64,000 bases of DNA from the NCBI GenBank assembly GCA_040437565.1, contig JBDOQK010000060.1, positions 1 through 64,000 of the forward strand. Reading direction: 5' to 3'. This DNA is from Albugo candida. Taxonomy: Eukaryota. This document shows, piece by piece, positions 13,820 to 25,200 of this stretch (position 1 is its first letter; each line of letters begins with the position of its first letter). Made by a program: the position numbers and the translations under genes. The notes under the pieces were generated by a model, which was not told the origin of the DNA, did no database searches, and saw only the letters and a program-made list of their open reading frames with translations.

Positions 13820-15950
13820 AAAAGAAAGCCTGGAATAATTCCTTAGAACGCTACATGGTAAATTATCTTCCTCTTCTTCTTTGCGTGAATTTTACTCGTG
13901 GCAACCAAGAGCTACAAGAATGTCAATCGGGTTCACTACGTTTGCTTGAAGCTCACTCATGCAGCCGATGACTTACAATAATCGATATANNNNNNNNNNN
14001 NNNNNNNNNNNNNNNNNNNNNNNNNNNNNNNNNNNNNNNNNNNNNNNNNNNNNNNNNNNNNNNNNNNNNNNNNNNNNNNNNNNNNNNNNTTCAGGCAAAT
14101 TGAGACTTATGTTGTTTAAAGGGAAGCCGTTGTACGACACTACCACAGTACACAAACACAATGCAAGGAGTGAGCTATAACACGTTGAATATTAAGCAAG
14201 TTCTTCGCTTTGTGATACAGCCAAATACACGCCAATAATGGATGTCTTGCTCATGGCAGTATCGTGATAGAGTAGGTATATGGTCGAGGCAATGTACAAG
14301 TATGGAAGCTGCTTGATGTTTGGGGATTTCGACTGAGGTATCGATATTGCAATCAGAATAAGTCATCACATTGCACTATCTGCACGAATGGTGTTACGCG
14401 AATGATGGTAATCTCTCTTGCAAGATACGACATACGTTTATATGTGAAAAGAAAGCCTGGAATAATTCCTTAGAACGCTACATGGTAAATTATCTTCCTC
14501 TTCTTCTTTGCGTGAATTTTACTCGTGGCAACCAAGAGCTACAAGAATGGCAATCGGGTTCACTACGTTTGCTTGAAGCTCACTCATGCAGCCGATGACT
14601 TACAATAATCGATATATGCTTCCCGTTAAGCATCAATTGTCAGTCAACCCCATTGAGAGTGGCTAGCGGTTAAGAGCATTGCCGCTCTATTGGCATAAAA
14701 ACATTCTTCAATTACAATCATAACAAACGCTTGTACTACAAAGTGCGATCGGGCAAAGCAGTTCGAGAGAAAACTGATGTATGAGAAGCCAAGACGACGT
14801 GGAAAGCTTTCAGATAGAATCACAATGTTCATCGAGATACACAAACAGCTTTGTGTTTTCTCTAAGCCCAGCCTTAAAAAAAAGAGAGCGAGCCGAACCG
14901 ACCGTAAGGCATCAAAGATGAACAACTAAAACGAATGGTTGGTCCTAAGAAAAAAGAATCGATGTCAGGCGGTGTCTAAACGCTATAACAAGAAAAACGA
15001 CGCTTACGAGAACTTGAAAAGAAGAACGGGTAGAGACACATATTTGGGATCTCCAGCTGCAGTGGACCCGCGCGGAGACATGTATTTTACTTGATTCCAT
15101 CTCCTCATTCGGGAGCGCATCACTGACAGTTTAAATTAGTGAAAGTGAAATCATAATTGGCCGGAAAGCGATGAAAGAAAAGGAGAAAGAAGCACTTTCT
15201 TTTTCCGGAGATGCAAGAAACACGTGCAGCAGTAGAGCCTGGACTTTTCACTTAAAAAATACTTTGAATTGCAGCTCTCTAAGCACGTCAGATCGATGAA
15301 CTCATGAGTGCTTCACTTAGCTGCACCGAAAAGGTAGAGGAGCAAGCCAACGGTCTTTATTCGCATTAAAATGATGCCCAATTTCAACTCGATTCCTGTG
15401 CTTCAGCCTTTACCCCCTAAAGTTATAGAGTACCACCACTCTTTCAAAGCTTTCACTACGCATTCTCGGGAATTTATGAATAAATCCATGCGTTTTTATG
15501 ATGTCATCAACTAAACTACCTTACCAGAGCAAGTAGAACAGGTAATACCTTTGCGAATGAAACTATATCAAGGCTGACAATTAGTCATGCACCATTATTC
15601 GGGAAATGTAGTGTCGACGTCTTTATCTACCACTCGTTATAGAAAAGCATTTGCAGATCATCATGAGTGCCTGAGATCGTGATCGCTGCTTTATAAAAAC
15701 TTCGGCATTGAGGAGAGCACCCGCCGAGTAGAAGGCGTATGATTATCCGGAATCTATAATGAATTCTACGTAAACCGAAGGTCGAGCGTGTAAACTGCCG
15801 TCCTGGCAACGCATGATGCAGTTCCGTGATTTGAGAGCTCTGACACGGAAAGATAAGTTATAATTGAAAAACATATATCACAAGGGTATGAAGATGCGAT
15901 CGGAATACGAAACTTTCATGCGAAAATCCTTTCTCTTACCTTAAGGAACC
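13820..15950 (+). pseudogene. Decayed partial duplicate of the TTLL gene (5' two-thirds)
   Basis: Colinear nucleotide similarity to 37492-39490, e.g. agctctgacacggaaagataa and atcggaatac. Many stops and deletions. The upstream region 13350-13820 also matches 36990-37490. Segments 14090-14615 and 16147-16942 are gap-flanking re-assemblies. Confidence 0.85.
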
Positions 15951-17620
15951 TTCCAAAATCGTGTGGTCTTGATAGCGCACATTTTTTACGAGCAAAACGC
16001 TGTCGTACCCCCTGATTTAAGACAGTGCAGTAATTGGAGCATCAATNNNNNNNNNNNNNNNNNNNNNNNNNNNNNNNNNNNNNNNNNNNNNNNNNNNNNN
16101 NNNNNNNNNNNNNNNNNNNNNNNNNNNNNNNNNNNNNNNNNNNNNNCTTAAAAAATACTTTGAATTGCAGCTCTCTAAGCACGTCAGATCGATGAACTCA
16201 TGAGTGCTTCACTTAGCTGCACCGAAAAGGTAGAGGAGCAAGCCAACGGTCTTTATTCGCATTAAAATGATGCCCAATTTCAACTCGATTCCTGTGCTTC
16301 AGCCTTTACCCCCTAAAGTTATAGAGTACCACCACTCTTTCAAAGCTTTCACTACGCATTCTCGGGAATTTATGAATAAATCCATGCGTTTTTATGATGT
16401 CATCAACTAAACTACCTTACCAGAGCAAGTAGAACAGGTAATACCTTTGCGAATGAAACTATATCAAGGCTGACAATTAGTCATGCACCATTATTCGGGA
16501 AATGTAGTGTCGACGTCTTTATCTACCACTCGTTATAGAAAAGCATTTGCAGATCATCATGAGTGCCTGAGATCGTGATCGCTGCTTTATAAAAACTTCG
16601 GCATTGAGGAGAGCACCCGCCGAGTAGAAGGCGTATGATTATCCGGAATCTATAATGAATTCTACGTAAACCGAAGGTCGAGCGTGTAAACTGCCGTCCT
16701 GGCAACGCATGATGCAGTTCCGTGATTTGAGAGCTCTGACACGGAAAGATAAGTTATAATTGAAAAACATATATCACAAGGGTATGAAGATGCGATCGGA
16801 ATACGAAACTTTCATGCGAAAATCCTTTCTCTTACCTTAAGGAACCTTCCAAAATCGTGTGGTCTTGATAGCGCACATTTTTTACGAGCAAAACGCTGTC
16901 GTACCCCCTGATTTAAGACAGTGCAGTAATTGGAGCATCAATTTGATGAATTAAGGAAACATAATTGAATTTCAACACCTATTTTTTTGTAGAAGACGAG
17001 ATCTGGATTGCGACATCAAGGCGCGCACCGACATAGAAGCGAGAGTATTGCATGTTTTATCGGATTCAAAAAAAATGAACTTCATTTCAATCACATAGCG
17101 GTTTAGTTAAAGAAGCCGGTTTAGCTCAGTTGGTTTGCGAGAGAATGTCCGAAAAGAAAGTAGTCGTTGACAATGAAACCACTTTGCATGTTTATGTCCA
17201 TGCTCATGGCTACATTATCTCCTCTACAAATTGTTAACATCAACCAATCAAAGCAAAGAGTCCTCCTCGAGTCTGATGCTCGACTTTACATTCTGGCTGC
17301 TTATGTATGCTAAAACTTTTGGCAGAATAATGGAACCCCGTTCAGTTTGTGGGACATAAAAATAAGCCGTATCTATTCCCTGCAGGGCGTCTCTTGCAAA
17401 AGAGTCGGAGTCGTTATAACCCTAGCTAGATGACGTCATGTTTTCTAAGTCGACTATCTCAAAAATTATGCAACGATTCCTTGCCCACAAATTCTTGTAA
17501 CCCTATTTTTTCATGTATATATGAATCTTTCATAAGTACGCAAAGTACACGATGCATCGATATTCCTTCAAGAGTAGCTCTCACTTTACTATCCGCTTTA
17601 TAGGAAGCAGTTCATTTTAC

Positions 17621-18868
17621 ATGTTGCCAACAATCTGCATCCTTGGATTTGCCGTTGCGATTTTACCTTTTACGCGCGTAATATGTCAGGAGACACTGCA
17701 TTCACTCAAAGATGTTATGGACGAGAGTTTGCTGCACGAAATTGACAACTTAATAAAGCAGAAAGATACGCAAAACTGTGTGGCCCTCTTCGACGTGACA
17801 AGTGATTTGGCTCTTGATATGCTTTTCTACTATCAGATTGTACACTTTGCATTCGAGTTTACACCAGTAGAATTCAAAGAAGTCTTACGTGAGGAACAAA
17901 ATGATCCTATCATTAGAGATGGAGCTTTGACGGTGGCCGAGTACGGAAAGAAGATAATGTTGAGAACCCTTATATCAGAAATGGATCTGGAATATACTAT
18001 TTTGTACAATAAGTTGCATGGTCATGAATTGGAAAAGGACGGAGAGCAGGAAGGACGCCGAAAATTCATGTTAATGATGCTATTATATCACCAGGAAGTA
18101 AGCAAACTAATACATGCACAAAAACTACCTGCATCGTTAGCAAATGCTCATGTGAGCAAATGGCAATATCAAATGAAGGATCTAGATATCAGCAAAATGA
18201 AGACTGCAGCGAAGATGTACTACGAAATACTCAAGTATAATGTGGTGGTGAGTGACAAGGTTCAAGTCTGTGGTGTCGAAGTATCTGTGGACTTTAGGAT
18301 TGCTTCCCCACCACCTAAAGCACTCAACTTGATCAATTTTCTCAAAGAGAAGGGGATGCCATCAATAGTTGTAGAGCAAAGTGAGCATTCCGTCGATGCC
18401 ATCAGACACAAGACAAAACACTCGGAGATCATCGCACCTACACCACAACTACAATTCTCAAAGATTAACCATTACACTCTGTATAGACCAGGATTTGAGT
18501 CTGTCACTGTTAAAGTCACGTACGACTTCGGTCAAGTGACTTCTACATCCCATTCTGGCGATTTGTATGGAACGAACCGTTTAAACCACAGTAGACCGAA
18601 GGAATCCGATGCTCGGTTGCTTGAAGCCGTCGCGTACATAAGTACGCTCAAACCATGCATTGTCTTCTCGGATACAGGATTATACCATCGCATCCTTAAA
18701 GTGATGACAAAAGGCATCCTTGTGGTGGTTCAAAATTTGACAGAAACTCAAAGTTTTGTCGACGAGCTTGTCAGAGGGTACCAAGGTGTCGTGGACCTGT
18801 ACGGACAGAAAGATTCTGTGAGTGTTTACAGACAGTATATTAATGACAAAAGAGATTGGAGACGATAG
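17621..18868 (+). CDS. Secreted HAD-like family protein, divergent intact copy B (~415 aa)
   Basis: Open ORF. Signal peptide MLPTICILGFAVAILPFTRVICQ from ATG 17621; an upstream in-frame ATG lies at 17552. Blocks NCVALFDV, FYYQIVHFAFEFTPVEF, LYHQE, PCIVFSD and VYRQYI align with 41352-42641. Confidence 0.85.
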   Translation: MLPTICILGFAVAILPFTRVICQETLHSLKDVMDESLLHEIDNLIKQKDTQNCVALFDVTSDLALDMLFYYQIVHFAFEFTPVEFKEVLREEQNDPIIRDGALTVAEYGKKIMLRTLISEMDLEYTILYNKLHGHELEKDGEQEGRRKFMLMMLLYHQEVSKLIHAQKLPASLANAHVSKWQYQMKDLDISKMKTAAKMYYEILKYNVVVSDKVQVCGVEVSVDFRIASPPPKALNLINFLKEKGMPSIVVEQSEHSVDAIRHKTKHSEIIAPTPQLQFSKINHYTLYRPGFESVTVKVTYDFGQVTSTSHSGDLYGTNRLNHSRPKESDARLLEAVAYISTLKPCIVFSDTGLYHRILKVMTKGILVVVQNLTETQSFVDELVRGYQGVVDLYGQKDSVSVYRQYINDKRDWRR

Positions 18869-19441
18869 CTGAACAAGTAATCGACCTCGGTGGATCTCAT
18901 GCGCGGGAACTTAATCGCTGGGATTCTAGATGAGATTAGCTGGTGAGTTAGAGTGTCCAGCAGTTTCTGGATAGCTTCGATATTCCTAATGTCGCTGTCT
19001 GTAATGGTGGCGGACAATCAAATTTTCTCTACCGTGACTGATATTTTTCTATGCTGCGCATACAAAGCGTCGAAACTTTGTTAAAGGAACATAAAAGTAG
19101 CGTTCGGTACCAGTAGTGGAAATTTGTACCAGGCTCATTGGACTCTTACGCGGGGTTCAATCTGAAGCATTACCGACAATTTTGATTAGGTGATCACTAA
19201 AATGGTCTGATTGGCATAAAAAATGCAAACATTATCTTTCGTACTGCTGGAATTACCGCAATAAGTAGCCAGATTGATCTACCGGAGTGTTATGCGGGTG
19301 GAAAGTGTTTGTGACCGCGAGTCTTCCACCTTGGCTTCGATAGTGAGCACTGGAATGCCAGATTGCTTCAAATAGCACTTTGATGAAACGATTCAACAAA
19401 TAAAACGTGTATTTCGGTTGTAGTAGACCACAAAAAAAAAG

Positions 19442-20106
19442 CCGACGAAGTTTCGTGAAGCATTTTACTTCTCGCCCGAACATACAAAGACGTTCCTTGG
19501 AAGGAATTTTCTGGCTATTGATCAGAACAACGTTACAATCCCTCTTACGCATCTCTTTCGCGCTGCAAACGCAATATACCTTGTTGTATGATAAGATGTA
19601 TGGAGATGAGAAACCGTCGTTGAGAGAGGTGAAAGATGAGGCTGAGTACGAACGATTCAGGCTATTCATGTTCTTTTACCATCAGCAGTTCAATAGAATG
19701 ATACGACGCATGAAAGGATGGGGAGCGCTAAAAATACCAATCAAGTAGATGGTGGATGTATTTGGATATGAATACCGTCAAAGAGCTTTTAATTGAAGTG
19801 GCTAAATATGAAGCTGATAAAATGCCAAACGTGGATGGTATGGTCAACATTGATGGTAAATCTGCACGAGTTGATTATAAGTTTAATTTCAAAATTCACA
19901 CAGAAACGCCCGATCTGATCAAAATTCTCAATAAAGAAAATATTCATACAGTCATTATGACGGGAGCTGAGAACGCTATGATTTCATATTACAATGATCA
20001 AGTAATTCGTGCTAAATCTGTGTATGGCGCGCAATACACGGAGCATGAAGCTCAAGTCTCTTCCCAAACATGGTCAATTCCAAGTGCAGTGTATCACTCG
20101 ACATCA
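19442..20106 (+). pseudogene. Secreted HAD-like family pseudogene (copy A2), 5' deleted, 3' end in a gap
   Basis: High nucleotide similarity to 3826-4450 (YLDMNTVKE..., VIMTGAENAMISYYNDQ). Frameshifts; no signal peptide region. Confidence 0.85.
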
Positions 20107-20457
20107 NNNNNNNNNNNNNNNNNNNNNNNNNNNNNNNNNNNNNNNNNNNNNNNNNNNNNNNNNNNNNNNNNNNNNNNNNNNNNNNNNNNNNNNNNNNNNN
20201 NNNNNNGCAGCAGGTTATTAGTCGTTGCGCACAATTATTAGAGAAAAAATCGAGATAGAACAAAAAGTTGATGTTTGTTAGTTACTAGCACTAGTTGAGT
20301 AACAAGTAAATGAGAAACTTTAAATAAATTGACCTTATGATCTTTGTGTAAACTCACCAGTCGCGTTCTTCCAACAGATTTTGTATTGCATATTTTGATG
20401 GTGTATAAATAGGACGACAGTAAAGGCGTATGGCAGAACATGTGTAATGAGTTCACA

Positions 20458-20877
20458 CTTCTCAATTTGCCGGCTACTAAGTAATCGGCCAATTTAGTAA
20501 AAACAACTCGAAAAACTACCTTTTTCAACTCTTTCCTCTCGAAAACAATGGTCCAAGTCGACATATCGACACAACCAAGGGTGCTAGCGTCCACTTGTAG
20601 TGACGTGGCAANNNNNNNNNNNNNNNNNNNNNNNNNNNNNNNNNNNNNNNNNNNNNNNNNNNNNNNNNNNNNNNNNNNNNNNNNNNNNNNNNNNNNNNNN
20701 NNNNNNNNNNNAGGGTGCTGAGGCTACTACGATACGAGATTATCACCGAGACGACGTTTTATCATCTCTCACAGGTATTTCACGAAACGTTTTTTATATG
20801 TATATATGTTATTTAAGATAGCCTAGGCAACTAGAGAAGTCAGTTTGTCTAATTCTAGTAATATAGACACCTTCAAC
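20458..20877 (+). mobile_element. LINE insertion with a 15-bp target-site duplication; internal part collapsed in a gap
   Basis: TGTAATGAGTTCACA at 20443-20457 and 20878-20892. The 3' part resembles the LINE 3' UTR at 13130-13300. The paralogous site near 5803-5835 is empty. Confidence 0.8.
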
Positions 20878-22289
20878 TGTAATGAGTTCACATTATTCTG
20901 AAAACGCAGATAAAGATTTTTTAAGTGCGATTGCATGAATTTGCTGATAAAACAATCCATTTATTAAGAGCGTAGCGGCAAAGAACAAAATTGAGATTTT
21001 CAAACAACTTGATGGAGTAGATATTTGACCATCAAAACCCGAGCNNNNNNNNNNNNNNNNNNNNNNNNNNNNNNNNNNNNNNNNNNNNNNNNNNNNNNNN
21101 NNNNNNNNNNNNNNNNNNNNNNNNNNNNNNNNNNNNNNNNNNNNTGTAATGAGTTCACATTATTCTGAAAACGCAGATAAAGATTTTTTAAGTGCGATTG
21201 CATGAATTTGCTGATAAAACAATCCATTTATTAAGAGCGTAGCGGCAAAGAACAAAATTGAGATTTTCAAACAACTTGATGGAGTAGATATTTGACCATC
21301 AAAACCCGAGCCTATATCGTCTGGTTCTAGAAACATCCTTCAATGGTGTTATGTCAATCTCAAACTACAACTTTTCAAATCCGACCTTCTTACAGTTTTT
21401 TAATGAGCTCGGCACCTTTTTACCTTTGCTTTCTCTGCTTGCTCTTAACAAGGCCTCGCATGTAATGCAGAAGATGATGTGCTGAAATCAGATTGAATCA
21501 AAGAATGAGAACTGGAACCATTATAGCTCCTTGACAACCTCTCTATATCTCATGTAGGTCTAATGTCAAGTGTGCTACTTCCGAATATTCAGAGCCACAA
21601 TAGGATGGCAATGGCTTTGCACGAATGCAAGACACCAAAGCGCTCCTGAAGAGTTAGTGATTAATTGTCACTAGATATCGACACATAATAGCTCATGTCA
21701 CTTCGTGGCACGTTCTCTGCGAGTAATCGGTGTATTCTCAATCAACATTTGAATAGAGGCTGAACGTGACACGCGCAGTATATAGCGACTAATGAGAGCA
21801 TATCTAAGCACTTGATGATTCTGAATAACCTGGTAAAGTCGAAAATCAATAAGAATCGATTATAATAGACTTGATACTTCGAAAAATGTACAAGTTTTGT
21901 TATGATGGCAGCACCATATAAACTTTACCTCAGCGGTAAGAGCCTATCTCCTTAAACTTTTTTAGACAAATTGAATTTTTCTAAATGCCAAGGTTTTTTT
22001 AGAAAATAGACACACACACAAATGTTTCATGATGCCGCAATCCTCTAGCCTTATGAGTTGTCAAATGTATGCGCGTGCGCAATGAAAGAAGCACACTTGA
22101 AGCATCATATTACACTTTTGAAAGTTTCTTCCATGAAGACATACAATATCATCCTGGTTGTCCTGCATATGCTGTGTCGTTCAGGGACACGGGGCTTTGA
22201 TACACATGCCATGGAGCCCAGATTTCGGGTGCTACATGTTACCATGCTTCCAAACCGACGTGTATGAATCGAAGGTACTGACACCAGCT

Positions 22290-25200
22290 CTTTATGGCGT
22301 CAGGTGCAGAAGGGAGACTACATTCATTTCGCGTTTCCCGCTTCTGTCGCACAGTCTTTCGTATGTGTATGCCTGCACTTCTGGGACGAGCCCCCTGTTA
22401 GCGTACACCTGGAGTACTTCGCATCCCTGAATCTTGAGCTCGATGGAGATGAGATGCATGTGTCGATTATGACAGAGAAACGCTGTGAGGATGAAGCTGA
22501 GGCAAACATTCGTCTTAACACGTTGTCCAAGTTTATTCTGGACAAATTGGCGCGTGCGTTCAGGGAGTCAGGCTTTGACGGCTCTGCCCTTGACGCCAGG
22601 TGCGTCGGCTTTATGACGCTGCCGACACTAAATGCAGATCGAGATGCAGACCGCGTGCAGATGAAACCGATTTACCACCTTTTCTGTTTCAATCTTGCGC
22701 AGTGTATCGGGCTCTCGTCACACCATTGCAGCAGGAGATTAAGGATGGAGACTTTCGTGCAGAAATGCACTGACAGCGTTCACGACTTGACGAAGAGTCA
22801 CATACGCGTCTCCAACAGGCTTTACCGTGGGTCGGCACCTCAGGCACTTCTTGTTCCAGACGGTAACTACTCATCGTAGGACGGTGGCTACCTGGACCAG
22901 ACATACTGTGTCTAAGAGTTTAGGGCCCTGGTGTGTGGCTAGGGAGTACGGCTTTCCCGTCACTAAACTGTGCTCCTACGTGTCAGGTGCGAGCTCTCAG
23001 GCATTGATGGACATATAGAAGATGGGACCGGCTCGGAGACATACAGATTGCTTCTGTCGCTGCTAATGGGTAAGCATTCGTTCTTAGTCACGAGGAACGC
23101 AGCTGGAAGGTTCGACGTTACGTCGGGTAGTCTGACACGCAGCTAAGCGATTACCCCTCTCAGCCGACATATTCTCGCAATGCCTACTCGCTTTTAAGCT
23201 TGAATGCCACCTGTCAAGCATCAGTGGTTCTGAGACGGTTGTATCCGAGCTAGCGCACGCTCTGTTCTGCTCCACGTACGTGGACCCGTACGCCGCAATT
23301 ACTGACTCTCTGAACGTCAACTTTTCTCGAAGAAGCACTCTCCTGTCCTGCTCGCAGCCGCCTGCGATGAAATTGACACGCTGGACCGACGACTCTCCCT
23401 TCACAACTACTCAGCCTACCTGGTCACCTGCCACGTTGCATGCCCCGTCGCGTTGATCATGAAAGGCAACTATGCAAATCATCGGCTTCGCTTGCAAGCG
23501 AGGTTTCAAAACCAGAGGACGGAGAAGCAGTTGAGTTTGCCTACGAAGTCGAAGGAGATGAAGAGAGTTTGAAACGTAAGGCTAGGGTTGCGTGAAGCTT
23601 CTCGAAAGCGGGCGTATTCCTTCAGGCTTGCAGAGGTACTTGATGGAACCTTCGCCGTTGATGCGTATTCAGGCCTTGAGGTAGGCTCGGTATGAAGGCA
23701 TGTTGTGGGCTAAAGCCGAGTCAAAAAGGGAGGCACAGATGGTCATGACGATCAGCTCGTCGAACATGGTGTCAGGCCGATTGCGGCACAGGAGCCAATC
23801 GTTTAGAGCGAGTTCAGCGTCAGGGTGCACAGGCGGGTCGACTTACCCGTCTTGATGGTGTACATGATTCGCGATGATCCGATGTGAGCTGAGACCGAAA
23901 ACTTGACTACGAATGTTGTGTCTGAGACGTTACAGATATACTGTGCTACGGCGATCACCAATACGATGAGCCTGCATCAGATGCAGAGTCCCGTTGCTTC
24001 GTACGTATCTCGAACCGTCCGTCCTAGTCGACGAGTCGTCATAGACTTAGACAGCGTGTTCGGCAATGTGGAGTGCGAATGACGGGATGTCGCCTACATA
24101 ATTCATCGTCGTGACAGGGATCGGCATGAGAATCGACATGGCTACACAACATGTGGGCGAGAGGTGTCAAATGTCTTCTCGTACGGCGTAGGATGGACTC
24201 TGAACGAAATGCCTGCTACGGTTCAGTTTCTCCTGCGCCTCGCACAGCGGAAACACCTGTCCTCTCAATAAGGCGCGTGCGTGTGCCAGCAAGCCCTCTA
24301 GCCTCGGTACTCTGCTGTCTCCTTGCCACATTCCAAGCCGCTAACATGGCCACGTTGTCAGCGCGTAGCACCCCTGATTCCTTCTCTCCATCTGTCTCTA
24401 CCCAACCGGCCGGCGCGTGACCTGCTCCTCCTCTCGCACTCTGTTTGACTTCACATCTGCAAGGCTTATCCACAAAGGCGCACACTTCAAGGCAGATGAA
24501 AGCAGAGTTCGAGTCATGCTTCCCGGGCCTGCCTAACAGATTACGACGCTAACGATGGTTGCCATTTTGCGACATGAGTGGAGGCATTACGGCCTATTAG
24601 AGAGGCGGTGCGAGCATGGGTTAACGGTTGATTCGCTTAACATGTCGTCGTAGAGAAGTGCTCTGACGTACTGCAGATCGTTCGGTGACCTGACAGCGAT
24701 GTTAGGCTTGTAAAGGGGATAGTATTGCATGCTTGACAACGTAGACGTGTGCCTATCGTACATCTACTCGCGCTTCCTCTGCGACGCATTGTCAGACTCG
24801 CATCTGGCGCAGCAAGGACTGTCTGCCTTGTCGGCTGAACAGGTACCCGCACGAGACGCACCTGGATCATCGCGCAAGATCGCTTGGTGGAAGGCTGGAA
24901 CGACGGTAGCGTTTTTTCAGTCAACGGTCATTGGGGTGCAGGGTGGTCTGCGTCAGGGCTGAAGGCACGTCGTGTTACTGCATCTCTTTCCAGTAGAGAA
25001 GTCTTTGTCGGTGGACATCCGTGAGCTAGCCGGCTACGCCACTTCATGGAGCTATCTCGTGCACGCTTCTGAGTCTTGACGCCTGTGAGACGTAAAGAGC
25101 NNNNNNNNNNNNNNNNNNNNNNNNNNNNNNNNNNNNNNNNNNNNNNNNNNNNNNNNNNNNNNNNNNNNNNNNNNNNNNNNNNNNNNNNNNNNNNNNNNNN

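Noticed and set aside
13463-16942. Near-identical direct repeats flanking 100-N gaps (13463-13988 vs 14090-14615; 15250-16046 vs 16147-16942)
   Set aside because: Overlapping contig ends joined by placeholder gaps. This is an assembly artefact (one SNP may be allelic), not a tandem duplication.
23460-24000. Hints of an OTU-like domain in the GC-rich island
   Set aside because: Too degenerate to support by eye.
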